The notes under the pieces were generated by a model, which had not been told where the DNA came from, did not search any database, and saw only the letters and a program-made list of their open reading frames with translations. Shown piece after piece: positions 9,716 to 19,989 of a stretch of 64,000 nt of DNA. How positions within the stretch are numbered: position 1 is the stretch's first letter; the number at the start of each line of letters is the position of its first letter. Source of the DNA: Candidatus Marinacidobacterales bacterium (GTDB lineage: Bacteria; Acidobacteriota; Vicinamibacteria; Marinacidobacterales; DATDRI01); contig OZ245365.1 of the NCBI GenBank assembly GCA_965226495.1, positions 3,072,001 through 3,136,000 on the forward strand, written 5' to 3'. The translations under genes and the position numbers were made by a program.

Positions 9716-11774
9716 GCTCGGAATCGACACCGGCGGCACGTTTACCGACTTCGTGGTTTTTCGCGAAGATGGCACCTGGGAGCTGTCGAAAACTGCTTCC
9801 ACTCCGGAGCACCCCCCGAAGGCGATCCGTGAAGGGCTTCTCCAAATCTGCGACGGCCTGAAAGTCGATCAGAAAGAGTTCCTCGCCAACTGCGACTACA
9901 TCATCTATGGAACGACGGTCGGCCTGAACTCCTTGATTCAGCACAAAGGGGCGAAGCTCGGTCTCTTCTGCACCAAAGGCCATCAAGATTCTCTCGAGCT
10001 CCGCTTGGCGCACAAGGAAGACGGACATCGTTACGACTTCTACTACCCACCGGCGGAGATGCTGGTGCCTCGCTGGCTCCGGATCCCGGTGGAAGAACGG
10101 GTCAACGCCGCCGGCGAGGTGTTGACGCCCCTCAAAGAAGAAGATGTCCGCGCCGGAATCCAGAAATTCAAAGAGGCGGGAGTGGACTCGGTGGGGGTCT
10201 GCTTTCTGTGGTCTTTCCTGAATCCGACACATGAGAAACGAGTAGGTGAAATCATCCGTGAAGAGCTTCCCGACGTTTACTTGACACTCTCGGTCGATCT
10301 GTTACCTCAGATCCGGGAGTACACCCGGGTCAGCACAACCGCGGTGAACGGTTTCGTGGGGCCGGTGCTCCGAAACTCGATCCAAGAGATCGAGAGCATG
10401 TTGCACGATATGGGCTATCGCAACCCCATTCGTTACATGCAATGTAACGGTGGGATCTCTTCGGGCGACTTCATTTCCCGCAAGGCGGTCTACGCCATCA
10501 ACTCCGGGCCGGCGGCCGGCCCGACCGCGAGCCTCTTCTTCGGAGAGCGAGCCAAGCTGAGCAATCTTTTGACGCTCGACATGGGAGGTACCAGCACCGA
10601 CATCAGCATCGTTCAAGACGGCCAGGTGGACATCGTCAAGAACTTGGAAGTCGAAAGGTATTTGTTGGGTATTCCCTTGGTGAACGTCGTCAATATCGGC
10701 GCCGGCGGCGGGAGCATTGCGTGGCTCGATGCCCAGCGGATTCTGAGAGTGGGACCGCAAAGCGCCGAGGCCATCCCTGGACCGGCTTGTTACGGCCAGG
10801 GTGGTACCGAGGCGACGGTCACCGATGCACTCAACGTCCTAGGCTATCTCAACCCCGACTACCTACTGGGAGGCGCGTTCAAGCTCGATCGGGATGCCGC
10901 CCACCGTGCGGTGCGCGAGAAAGTCGCGGAACCTTTGGGTCTCACGATGGAACGAGCAGCGCTTGGTGTCTTCGACGTGGTCAACTCCAACATGATCGGG
11001 GGCATTCGGGCTGTCTCGGTCGAGAGAGGCTACGATCCTCGCGATTTCGTCTTCGTGGCAGGTGGCGGCGCGACCAGCGCGTTTCTCGGTCGGCTCGCCG
11101 CCGACCTGGACGTCGAGCGCGTCCTGATTCCGAAAGTGGCATCGGGCTTGTGCGCCTTCGGAGAAGCGATCGCCGACGTCAAACACAGCCACATGGCAAC
11201 TTACATCACCCACTTCTCGAAACTGGATCTCGGGCGCCTCAACGGCATTCTTTCCGACCTCGAGTCCACGGGCCGGAAGGATCTCGAGGAAGAGGGGTTC
11301 GCCCCCGAGGACATCGCGACCCAACGTTCCATGGAGATCCGATACGCCGACCAAATACATGAATGCACGGTGCCGATACCGTTCCAGGGCGAGCTCTCCG
11401 AAGAATACGTCGGAAAGGTGAAAGGGCTTTTTCACCGCCGGCACGAAGAAATCTATACCTACTGCGAGCCCGACAATGAACCGGAGCTGGTCAACGTAGA
11501 AGTGAACGCGATCGGACTAACGCGCGCGTCCAGCCGAGCGGTTGGGCAAGCGGAAGAAAACGGCGCGGGGGAAGGCGTCGCCGCGAAGCGTCGGGCCTAT
11601 TTCCACGAGAACAAAGACTATGTGGAAGTTCCCGTGTATGACGGGCGACACATCAAGGTCGGACAGAGCATCACTGGCCCCGCGATCATCGAAGAACCGA
11701 CGACCACCATCGTCGTCTTCCCCGATTGGAAGATCGAGCTGAAGCCGGCCAGTTACTATTTGATGACGCGCTGA
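9705..11774 (+). CDS. Hydantoinase A/oxoprolinase family ATP-dependent subunit
   Basis: GIDTGGTFTD, SGPAAG, DMGGTSTD, IGAGGGSIA, GPQSA...PGPACY, GPAIIEEPTTT; overlaps the end of subunit B. Confidence 0.93.
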   Translation: MGYKLGIDTGGTFTDFVVFREDGTWELSKTASTPEHPPKAIREGLLQICDGLKVDQKEFLANCDYIIYGTTVGLNSLIQHKGAKLGLFCTKGHQDSLELRLAHKEDGHRYDFYYPPAEMLVPRWLRIPVEERVNAAGEVLTPLKEEDVRAGIQKFKEAGVDSVGVCFLWSFLNPTHEKRVGEIIREELPDVYLTLSVDLLPQIREYTRVSTTAVNGFVGPVLRNSIQEIESMLHDMGYRNPIRYMQCNGGISSGDFISRKAVYAINSGPAAGPTASLFFGERAKLSNLLTLDMGGTSTDISIVQDGQVDIVKNLEVERYLLGIPLVNVVNIGAGGGSIAWLDAQRILRVGPQSAEAIPGPACYGQGGTEATVTDALNVLGYLNPDYLLGGAFKLDRDAAHRAVREKVAEPLGLTMERAALGVFDVVNSNMIGGIRAVSVERGYDPRDFVFVAGGGATSAFLGRLAADLDVERVLIPKVASGLCAFGEAIADVKHSHMATYITHFSKLDLGRLNGILSDLESTGRKDLEEEGFAPEDIATQRSMEIRYADQIHECTVPIPFQGELSEEYVGKVKGLFHRRHEEIYTYCEPDNEPELVNVEVNAIGLTRASSRAVGQAEENGAGEGVAAKRRAYFHENKDYVEVPVYDGRHIKVGQSITGPAIIEEPTTTIVVFPDWKIELKPASYYLMTR

Positions 11775-11805
11775 GCCTTCCGTCGGCATTTCTCAGGCGG
11801 GCGGC

Positions 11806-12380
11806 TTAGAAGGCCGTCGGTGGAAGCTGTAGGAACTCCGTTTCCACGGTTCGGAAGTGATCGTCCATTCGCGCTTGCTGGTCGCGATCGAACATCTGTC
11901 TGGCCCCCAGATATCTCTTCAGCAAGATTTCGGACGCTAACTCCGCGTGGTCACAAACATCCCGAACGTCCTCACGATCCTTAGGGCCAAACCGTTTCGG
12001 ACCAAGCTTGCTGATCACCAAGTCGTAAGGATCAAGAACGTGTACGCGCAGCACCTTGAGACCCGGAATGTCGACCTGTCGACACCGCTCCCTCCATCCC
12101 TGCTCGAACGGAAACATGGCTGGCGGAACGATGTCAAAGTAGTAGCCTGTCAGCCGCTGAATCTCCGAATCCCGACCGGCCAACTCCCCCAGCTCTCTGA
12201 GAACCGCTGAGGACTCACCGATCGCGTCGACATCGTCGGTGGCCTCTCGCCCGCCGTACGCGACTGGACCGCGGCACCGCCCCCAAGGTAGAGGTCGATC
12301 TTGCTGGTCGAACTCAGCGAGCCTTCAAGCGTCTTCAGGAAAGCAACGACGAGCTCGCTAGTTGGTTTGATAGGTGTCAT
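11806..12380 (-). pseudogene. Nucleotidyltransferase (DUF6036/AbiEii-like toxin) with a single frameshift near 12263 (may be a sequencing error)
   Basis: Adding one base after LYLGGGAAVQ gives LAYGGREATDDVDAIG (GG...R.T.DxD NTase motif), continuing into the 125-aa ORF (DPYDLVISKL...KDREDV). Confidence 0.75.
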
Positions 12381-13204
12381 CGGGCACGCAAGATAGATCG
12401 CGCCCGCCGCGCGAAGTCATCGAGTGAGAGGTCGAAGGCTATGCCCCAACGCCGGGTGACCGGTGGGCTCTCATGCCATTCGCGACCGGGCAAGTCCGTC
12501 TCACCGGCCCGCCCAGAGGAACCACCGGGTGAAGCAGGCGAGATGTATTCCGGCTGGGCAGCATCCTCCACAAGGATGGTTTCGACTAAGAACGCTTCTC
12601 CTCGTGGTGCAACCTTTTTCAACTCGTTCCACGCCGATTTCCAAGCCCGTCGAAGGTTCACTGCCGCATCCGGGTGGATCCATCGGAGTTCTATTTTCCC
12701 GGAGATCCGCTCGGCAACTTCGCTGAGCCAGCCTACGCGGCGCAATGTGCCGTATCGTCGCGCTGACGCCACCAAGTCGTCAGGAGCAAAGTCATTTCGT
12801 AGGAGCAGAGCGGGCACCGCTTCGATGACTCTTGCGCTTGCACCGTCCCGAACACCTTCCGTGAGTACCTCCTCAAATGCTCGAACTTCTCCTAGCACCG
12901 GCCGTCGCGAAACGTGCAGGTCTCTCAGACCCCAATAGTAGAGCTGCGCCGCCAGGGCTCGGGCGTCGGTCCCTGTTCGAAGGCGCCCTGCTGCAAAGTA
13001 AAGAAGAGGCCACCCGAGCTTTTCAGCGATGAGACATACGTTATCGAAGCTTGGCTGCGATTGATTCGACTCGAAACGCGACAAGCTGGCAGCAGAAATG
13101 CCGGTCAATCCGGCAATTTCTTTAAGGGTGAGCCCGAGGTCGTTGCGAGCTTCTCGGATGCGTTGCCCAATCGGCTCACGTTTGCTTGGGCTTCGGCGCG
13201 GCAT
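12377..13204 (-). CDS. XRE helix-turn-helix protein with AbiEi-like C-terminal region (putative antitoxin/regulator)
   Basis: IGQRIREARNDLGLTLKEIAGLTGISAASLSRFESN HTH; RRVGWL motif; ATGA overlap with the NTase gene. Confidence 0.75.
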   Translation of the reverse strand: MPRRSPSKREPIGQRIREARNDLGLTLKEIAGLTGISAASLSRFESNQSQPSFDNVCLIAEKLGWPLLYFAAGRLRTGTDARALAAQLYYWGLRDLHVSRRPVLGEVRAFEEVLTEGVRDGASARVIEAVPALLLRNDFAPDDLVASARRYGTLRRVGWLSEVAERISGKIELRWIHPDAAVNLRRAWKSAWNELKKVAPRGEAFLVETILVEDAAQPEYISPASPGGSSGRAGETDLPGREWHESPPVTRRWGIAFDLSLDDFARRARSILRAR

Positions 13205-13216
13205 TCGTATGATCTC

Positions 13217-13292
13217 TATTCCTCTATAGCATGTTTATTCCTATAAAGCAATAATATTCCCTTAAGACAATTATCCTTACTGTATAGGAATA
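13217..13292. promoter_or_regulatory. AT-rich operator array upstream of the XRE gene
   Basis: TATTCC at 13217, 13236 and 13255 (19-bp period); TATAGGAATA at 13283-13292 is the exact inverse of TATTCCTATA at 13236-13245. Confidence 0.6.
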
Positions 13293-13355
13293 ACACTTGG
13301 GATCACGTTGATAAACCATTTGAAAATGGTTGGTTACGGGATGTGGTATTTTTTG

Positions 13356-14633
13356 TCAAACGGGTCGGCGGGACCAACGCATTCCCGCCACGTAGACGGC
13401 CCCTGTCACGACCATCGAGACGACGGGCTGGATCATTTCCGGAGGCGTCCATCGCCCCGCCACCACTCCGAGCGCAATCGCCATCAACGCCGGCCCATTA
13501 ACACCCCTCGCCTTTCCGTTCAGCCGCTCGGCATCGGGCACGCCGGACGCCGGCAGCTCGCGACGGCGGACAAAGAAATGATCCGTGAGCACGATGGCCA
13601 GCAAGGGAGCGAACACGACACCGAGCAGCATCAGCCACTCGGAGAAGTATTGCGTCAGGCGCATACAGGCCACTGTCGTGCCAACCGCCCCGAGCACCAA
13701 GGTGTGAATCCAGCGCGCCTTCCCTGGAAACAGATTCGTAAGGGCCAGTCCACCGGAGTAGAGATTCTTGTCGTTGGTGGTCCAGGTCGCGAAGATGATC
13801 AAGAACAGCGAGCCCATTCCTAAACCCAGGGTCTGAACGCCCAGCACCGGGTTCCACTCTCCAGTCGCCAGAGCAGACAGGGCTCCCAATGCGATCATAA
13901 ACGCGGCTACCGGGGTCACGCCCCCGAAGATACCTATCCACACCGACCGATGGCTTTTGGCGTAACGAGAGATGTCGGACGCGGTGAAACTTCCGGCGAC
14001 CTGCGCCGATATCATGAGGTTCATGCCGGCGAGGAAACTCATCGTTCCGTCGCCGGGCCGGTTCACGAGCTCCCAAAAAGGAACTTCCCGAACGAGCTTG
14101 ATGAAGAGCCAAGCGGTGAGAACCAGCATGGCCGGCACCGCATAGCCGGCGAGCTTCCGCATCCAGCCGTAGCCCATGACCGCGAAGAAGACGTTCGCCG
14201 CCCCCATGAGCGCGATCATCGCTAGCGGCGATGACACGCCGACCAGCTGCACCATCATTCCGTCGGCGGCAAGTCCCGCCAGCTCCGCTTGAACCGCGAA
14301 CCAACCGGTCAAGGACATCAACACCGCGAGCGAAGGGATCCACGTTCCCCAGGGATAACCGAGCGACATCCGAGTCAGCACCAACGTGGGCAAGCCATGA
14401 TCGATCCCCGGATAGGCCGATAACGCCGTAAACGAGAACCCGATGCCGTTGGCCAGGAAGGCAACGACCACCGCGTCGCGAAATGACATTCCGGGCACAA
14501 AGAGCCCGCCGACCATCATCATGGGGAGACAGATGTTGATGCCCGCGTACATCGCGAACATTCCGAACCAACCTTGGGTGCGCGAAGAACGCGGGACGGC
14601 GTCGATGCCGCGGCGTTCTAGCTGGAGTGCCAC
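13356..14633 (-). CDS. NCS1 purine-cytosine permease family transporter
   Basis: Likely GTG start at 14633 (MALQLERRGIDAVP); about 12 TM segments; GWFAVQ, SDISRY, WTTNDKNLYSG. Confidence 0.88.
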   Translation of the reverse strand: MALQLERRGIDAVPRSSRTQGWFGMFAMYAGINICLPMMMVGGLFVPGMSFRDAVVVAFLANGIGFSFTALSAYPGIDHGLPTLVLTRMSLGYPWGTWIPSLAVLMSLTGWFAVQAELAGLAADGMMVQLVGVSSPLAMIALMGAANVFFAVMGYGWMRKLAGYAVPAMLVLTAWLFIKLVREVPFWELVNRPGDGTMSFLAGMNLMISAQVAGSFTASDISRYAKSHRSVWIGIFGGVTPVAAFMIALGALSALATGEWNPVLGVQTLGLGMGSLFLIIFATWTTNDKNLYSGGLALTNLFPGKARWIHTLVLGAVGTTVACMRLTQYFSEWLMLLGVVFAPLLAIVLTDHFFVRRRELPASGVPDAERLNGKARGVNGPALMAIALGVVAGRWTPPEMIQPVVSMVVTGAVYVAGMRWSRRPV

Positions 14634-14658
14634 TGTGTAACGGGTCCCTACTACTCGG

Positions 14659-15573
14659 TCAGTCGCCTCGAGGAAGGTCGAACACCATGGCGTCTTCTCC
14701 GATGACGATCGGGCCATCGAACTCGGACTTGGCGTCGGCGAGAATCTTCGACCAAATCTCCGGACCCCGTCGCTCTCCGTAGTACATGGACGCCATCTTC
14801 ACCGCCGCCGGATGCGAGTCGTAGGGTCCAAGGTGCGTCAAGACGAGTTTCTTGGCACCGGCACGCCGCGCGACACTCCCCGCGCCGCGGGGACCGCTAT
14901 GGCCGCGCATCTCGCGGTACTCCATCACCTCTTCCAGAAAGGTGCACTCATGGACCAGGATGTCGACATCTCGAGCAAGCTCCACCATCGCGTCACAGGG
15001 TCCGGTATCTCCGCTGATCGCCGCCGATCCGTATTCAGTGTCGACGCGGAACCCGTAGGAAGATTTCTCGAACCCCAAGATCTGAATGTGCTCGACCTCG
15101 CGAGCCGTCACTTTGAACTTGTCGGTCTCTAAGACGGTACCTTCGCGAATCTCTTTGACCCCGATAGAGGGCTCGGGGGTGGGGCGATCGGTGATGTGAT
15201 CGGGAAGGCTCGCGACGAACCGCTTCACAAACTCCACGTCGAGATGGTGCATCTCCAACATCCCCGCCACCATGCGCTCGGTGCCTACCGGGCCGTAGAT
15301 GTTCAGAGAAGTCTTCCCACAATTCCACGTACTGAAAAAGAGATAGTTGCAGTCCACCATGTGATCCCAATGGAGATGAGTAAGGAACACGTGGTCGACG
15401 TCCATCGGACTGAACCCGGCGCGGATCAGATTGACGGTGGCTCGCTCGCCGCAATCGAAGAGCAGCACTTCCCCATCGACGACCACCGCTTGGGATGGAT
15501 TGCCGCGGGACGGATCGGGGAGTGCCGAGCCAGACCCCACCACGACGACTTTCATGCCTCGCGCACTAGCCAT
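14659..15573 (-). CDS. MBL-fold metallohydrolase (RNase Z/AtsA-like), cytoplasmic
   Basis: GSGSALP...RGNPS, FDCG, THLHWDH, SGDT, HEC, GHS, LTHL. Confidence 0.88.
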   Translation of the reverse strand: MASARGMKVVVVGSGSALPDPSRGNPSQAVVVDGEVLLFDCGERATVNLIRAGFSPMDVDHVFLTHLHWDHMVDCNYLFFSTWNCGKTSLNIYGPVGTERMVAGMLEMHHLDVEFVKRFVASLPDHITDRPTPEPSIGVKEIREGTVLETDKFKVTAREVEHIQILGFEKSSYGFRVDTEYGSAAISGDTGPCDAMVELARDVDILVHECTFLEEVMEYREMRGHSGPRGAGSVARRAGAKKLVLTHLGPYDSHPAAVKMASMYYGERRGPEIWSKILADAKSEFDGPIVIGEDAMVFDLPRGD

Positions 15574-15649
15574 AGTGGCACGCAGTATACACTGTCACTG
15601 AACTGCCCTATACTCCTCAACAAATTTGCCGGGGATGAAGGAGAACGAG

Positions 15650-16735
15650 ATGAAGAAGAAAGTCGAGACCGAAGCGAGTCATGGATTCAGCCGTCGAAAC
15701 CTCTTTCGTGCGGTTCTCGGAGGGACAATGGCTTCCGCCGTCTCGTCGGGCGCGTCGGGCGTCGAAGCGGCTCCGCCGACCGCGGAGGTTGGCGATCAAG
15801 GTATGTACGCGGTGATCACAGGGTCCGGCTCCGCGATGGCCGATCCCGAGCGAGGCAATGCCAGTGCCGCGGTGGTCGTGGACGGAACCGTTTTGCAGTT
15901 CGACTTCGGCCGGAAAACGATGGACAACTTGATGCGCGTCGGAATCAACCCGATCAACCTCGACTATATTTTCTTCACTCACCTCCATTTCGACCACATC
16001 GCCACCTACGACTATTTCATCATCTCGTCTTGGATCGCAGGGCGTAGGGACCCCTACAAGGTGTTCGGACCTCCGGGTACGGTCGCGATGTCGAACGGGG
16101 CGCTCCATCACATGCACGAAATGGACGTCCGGTTCGTGAAATATATCGTCGACACCTGGCCCAACATTGCCGAGGAGTCTCCGGTCGCGGAGCCTCCCGT
16201 CGAAGTCACGGACGCCGAACCAGGCCTGGTGGTAGAGACCGATGATTTCACGGTCACCTCGACCGCAACCCCGCACCTCAGTCCCCCCAACATGTACAGC
16301 AGGGGATATCGAGTCGATTCCAAGTACGGCTCGGTCGTCATCAGCGGAGACACCGCGCCTTCGGAAAATATGGTGGGTCTCGCCAAGGACGCCGACATCC
16401 TCATTCATGAGTGCGTGATTCCCGACTACGGCATGACAACCGCCGGCAAGTTTAGCCGCAAGGAATTCCACGTGAAGGAGACGAAGAATCAGCGCACCGG
16501 TCACACCTCGCCGACCGGCCTAGGGAAACTAGCGGAGCAGGCCGGGGTCAAGAAACTGGTGGCCTACCATCTCGCTCCGTACACCAGCGTGCCGGCCGCG
16601 GTGGAAATGTCCGAGAAGTACACCGGTCCGAACCCCGGTCCGGAGATCTGGTCAAAGTACATCCACGCCATGAAGAATCAGTACTCGGGCCCGGTCATCC
16701 TGGCGGAAGACGCGATGGTTCTCAAGGTTTCGTAA
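15650..16735 (+). CDS. MBL-fold metallohydrolase (RNase Z/AtsA-like) with Tat signal
   Basis: FSRRNLF twin-arginine signal; THLHFDH, SGDT, HEC, GHT; AAGGAG RBS before ATG 15650. Confidence 0.88.
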   Translation: MKKKVETEASHGFSRRNLFRAVLGGTMASAVSSGASGVEAAPPTAEVGDQGMYAVITGSGSAMADPERGNASAAVVVDGTVLQFDFGRKTMDNLMRVGINPINLDYIFFTHLHFDHIATYDYFIISSWIAGRRDPYKVFGPPGTVAMSNGALHHMHEMDVRFVKYIVDTWPNIAEESPVAEPPVEVTDAEPGLVVETDDFTVTSTATPHLSPPNMYSRGYRVDSKYGSVVISGDTAPSENMVGLAKDADILIHECVIPDYGMTTAGKFSRKEFHVKETKNQRTGHTSPTGLGKLAEQAGVKKLVAYHLAPYTSVPAAVEMSEKYTGPNPGPEIWSKYIHAMKNQYSGPVILAEDAMVLKVS

Positions 16736-16747
16736 GTGGGTTCCGAC

Positions 16748-17776
16748 ATGAACGGCTTTACTCGAAGAGGATTTTTCGGCGGCCTCTTGGTGGCGCCCGC
16801 CGCCTTCGGTCTCCAAAGCGCAAAAGCGGCGAAGAATATCGACTTGGAACGCCCCGGCATGCGGGCGTTGATCACCGGTTCGGGGTCGGCTCTCATCGAT
16901 CCGCTACGTGGCAACGCGAGCGTGGCGGTGATCGTCGACGGGACGGTCCTTCAGTTCGACTTCGGCCGTCGCGCCATGGACAACCTCGCGCTGGCGGGGA
17001 TCAATCCGGTGAACGTGGATTACATCTTTTTCACGCACCTCCACTTCGACCACATCGCGACTTACGACTACCACGTCATCTCTAGCTGGATCGCGGGACG
17101 TCAGACGCCCATTGAGGTTTTTGGCCCCACCGGCACGATCGATATGTCGGACAAGGCCATCTATGGAATGCACGCGGTGGACATCGTTTTCGTCGAGAAG
17201 CTCTTGGCCGGGTGGCCCAAGCGGCTCGCTCGCAGGCCACAGGATAAGCCACCGATCGATGTGCACGAAGTCGGAGCCGGAGTAGCGGTAGAGACGGATG
17301 CTTTCAAAATCACGGCGGTGGAAACGCCGCACTATCGATCGATGGGCGTTCTAAGCCTCGGCTATCGAATCGACTCCGAGCACGGATCGATCGTGGTGAG
17401 CGGAGACACCGCGCCCTCGGACGAGCTCGCCGAGCTCGCCAAAGGAGCAGATCTCCTCATTCATGAATGTGTGATTCCCGATCCCGGCATGACGAAGTCG
17501 GGCAAGTTCGCGGAGAAGCCTCCCGACGACGAACCGCCCGAGGGACACACGTCTCCCACCGAGCTCGCTCAGTTGGCTCAGCGGGCAGGGGTCAAGAAAC
17601 TGGTTGCCACTCACCTCGCACCGTATACGAGCGTCGACGCGGCAGTAGAAATGTCCAGCATGTACCTCGGCCCTCGTCTAGGCGAGGAAATCTGGGGAGA
17701 ATTCGCCCACGCGATGAGCCAGCAATACGATGGCCCAGTCGTTCTGGCCGAGGACGGGATGGTTTTCGAAATCTAG
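16748..17776 (+). CDS. MBL-fold metallohydrolase (RNase Z/AtsA-like) with Tat signal, paralogue
   Basis: FTRRGFF twin-arginine signal; THLHFDH, SGDT, HEC, GHT. Confidence 0.88.
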   Translation: MNGFTRRGFFGGLLVAPAAFGLQSAKAAKNIDLERPGMRALITGSGSALIDPLRGNASVAVIVDGTVLQFDFGRRAMDNLALAGINPVNVDYIFFTHLHFDHIATYDYHVISSWIAGRQTPIEVFGPTGTIDMSDKAIYGMHAVDIVFVEKLLAGWPKRLARRPQDKPPIDVHEVGAGVAVETDAFKITAVETPHYRSMGVLSLGYRIDSEHGSIVVSGDTAPSDELAELAKGADLLIHECVIPDPGMTKSGKFAEKPPDDEPPEGHTSPTELAQLAQRAGVKKLVATHLAPYTSVDAAVEMSSMYLGPRLGEEIWGEFAHAMSQQYDGPVVLAEDGMVFEI

Positions 17777-17786
17777 CGAGGTCGTC

Positions 17787-18521
17787 ATGAGCGCGAGCGA
17801 AGTCGGGACCGCCGTTGTCACCGGAGGCAGCAAAGGCATTGGAGCAGACATCGCGGAGCGGCTTCTGGAGCGAGGCTACCGCGTCGTCAATCTTTCCCAC
17901 ATACCGTCGACTTGGAATCACGATCGGCTCGAAACGATCGAGGTCGATCTATCGAACCTCAAGGCGACGCGCGAGACTGCCGCCGCGATCGCCGCGGAGA
18001 ATGACGTCACCGTCTTCGTGCACAACGCGGGAGTGATTCGGCCGGCGCTCCTCGAGAACGTCAAGCAAGAAGACCTCGATCACTTGGTGAGCTTGCACCT
18101 CGGTTCCGCGATAGCCCTTGCGCAGCAATTCCTGCCATCCATGCGAGCGAAGGAGTTCGGCCGCATCGTGCTCATTTCCTCTCGCGCCGCTCTCGGTTTG
18201 CCGACCCGGACCGCTTACTCTGCCACCAAGGCCGGTATGATCGGCTTGACCAGAACGTGGGCCCTGGAGCTCGCCAAGGACGGCATCACCGTGAACGCGA
18301 TCGCCCCAGGCCCGATCGAGACCGATCAGTTCCATGAGCTCATCCCACCCGACAGTCCGAAGAAACCTCAGATCGCCGCGAGCGTCCCGGTGGGGCGTCT
18401 CGGAACACCGGCCGACATTGGAAGGGTCGTCGACTTCCTTGTCGAACGGGAAAGTAGCTTTATCACCGGCCAGACGCTCTACGTCTGTGGCGGTGTGAGT
18501 CTAGGGGGCCTGACGCTCTAG
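17787..18521 (+). CDS. Short-chain dehydrogenase/reductase
   Basis: TGGSKGIG, HNAG, YSATK, VNAIAPGPIET, ITGQTL. Confidence 0.92.
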   Translation: MSASEVGTAVVTGGSKGIGADIAERLLERGYRVVNLSHIPSTWNHDRLETIEVDLSNLKATRETAAAIAAENDVTVFVHNAGVIRPALLENVKQEDLDHLVSLHLGSAIALAQQFLPSMRAKEFGRIVLISSRAALGLPTRTAYSATKAGMIGLTRTWALELAKDGITVNAIAPGPIETDQFHELIPPDSPKKPQIAASVPVGRLGTPADIGRVVDFLVERESSFITGQTLYVCGGVSLGGLTL

Positions 18522-18563
18522 AATGACCCTCTAGGTGCTATAACCTCAGAAAGAGGGGTTGCC

Positions 18564-19919
18564 ATGAAGAAGTGCCTGCCTGTTTTTCTCTTTTTCGTTT
18601 TCTGCGCACACCCAGCCGGGAGTCAACAAGAAGCGCTGGTTATCGAGGATGTGACTCTCATCGATGGAACTGGGAAGCCTCCAGTGCAAAACGTCACCAT
18701 CGTCGTCGAAGGCGATCGGATTCGGTCCGTCGGGCGGGACGCCCCGGAAGTTCCTGCCGGCGCCCGCCGCATCAACGGCAAGGGCAAGTACGTCATCCCG
18801 GGTCTCATGGACACTCATATCCATCTCAAGGGAGGCCGATTGGGGCCCCACATGGAAGCCGACGAGGACGCTCCTCCCAACCAGCAGCACGCGCTGAGCG
18901 CTCTTCACGGTTACCTCAATGCGGGAGTCACTGCCATCTACGACGCCGGCAGCGATCCCGAATTCTTCTTCCCGTTCAGGGAGAAGGAGCGCTCAGGAGA
19001 GATCACTTCCCCCCGCATCTTCGGATCCGGGTTTGCCATATCGGCCCCCGGCGGTCACGCCGCACCGGTTCCCGTCACCGTCGAGAACTGGGCAACCGAT
19101 CGCAAGAAAGTCGATGAGGTCCTGGCCTGGAAGCCCGACCTCGTCAAGATCACTCAAGACGAGCACGGTTGGAACATGCGGCCGTATGGAAACTACATGC
19201 CGATCGACCTACTCGAGACGGTGATCCGCTACGTGAATGAGCATGGCATCCGTACCTGCATTCACACTTCCAACGAGCTCCGCACGTGGGAAGCCATCTA
19301 TGCCGGTGTGGATACGCTCGCCCATCCCGTCATTCAGGCCCCGGTAAGCGAGAAGTACCTGAACATGATGAAGGTCAAGAAAGTACCTCAAGTCTCGACA
19401 CTCACCATCGGCGATGGGTACCGGCGTCTGCTCGATGAGCCCGAGTTTCTCGATCAGCCTCTCTATCGAGCCACACTCGAGCCGCAAGAAATCGACCGGC
19501 TAAGGAACGAAGAAGCCAAGAAGCAAGCCGATCGACGTTGGGTGAAATGGATGCGCGTGATGAATCCCGTGGCCCAGGAAAACCTAAGAAGGCTCAACGA
19601 AACCGGCGGCATCGTTTCACTCGGAACCGATCAGGATATGGGGCCCGCGGTCCATAGGGAGCTCGAGCTTCTTGTCGAGGGCGGGATATCCCCTCTCGAC
19701 GCCATCAAGATCGGCACTTTGAACAACGCCATCTTCTTGGGCATGGAAGACGATCTGGGCACCATCGAGGCGGGGAAGCTCGCCGATCTCGTGATCCTGA
19801 ACGCCGATCCGACCAAAGACATCAATAACACCAAGCTCATCGATACGGTGATCAAGAATGGGCGGGTGATCGATCGGACCGCGCTACAGATTCCCGGTAA
19901 CGCAAAGGGAACCCGCTAA
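18564..19919 (+). CDS. Amidohydrolase-family metallohydrolase, exported
   Basis: Signal peptide; PGLMDTHIH, GVT, LGTD, GTIEAGKLADL. Confidence 0.9.
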   Translation: MKKCLPVFLFFVFCAHPAGSQQEALVIEDVTLIDGTGKPPVQNVTIVVEGDRIRSVGRDAPEVPAGARRINGKGKYVIPGLMDTHIHLKGGRLGPHMEADEDAPPNQQHALSALHGYLNAGVTAIYDAGSDPEFFFPFREKERSGEITSPRIFGSGFAISAPGGHAAPVPVTVENWATDRKKVDEVLAWKPDLVKITQDEHGWNMRPYGNYMPIDLLETVIRYVNEHGIRTCIHTSNELRTWEAIYAGVDTLAHPVIQAPVSEKYLNMMKVKKVPQVSTLTIGDGYRRLLDEPEFLDQPLYRATLEPQEIDRLRNEEAKKQADRRWVKWMRVMNPVAQENLRRLNETGGIVSLGTDQDMGPAVHRELELLVEGGISPLDAIKIGTLNNAIFLGMEDDLGTIEAGKLADLVILNADPTKDINNTKLIDTVIKNGRVIDRTALQIPGNAKGTR

Positions 19920-19989
19920 CCTCCCAAGGATTATAGAGATCGAAGCAGGTAAACAGGCGGATCTGCTGATTCTGGACGCCGATCCGATC

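Noticed and set aside
12255-12270. Programmed frameshift in the NTase gene
   Set aside because: No slippery sequence at the site; similar indels elsewhere in the window point to error or decay
14634-14717. N-terminal extension of the NCS1 ORF
   Set aside because: Overlaps the MBL gene; the family N-terminus (E.RGID.VP) follows GTG 14633
15576-15592. Sigma54 promoter at TGGCACG in the divergent MBL intergenic region
   Set aside because: No TTGC at the -12 position
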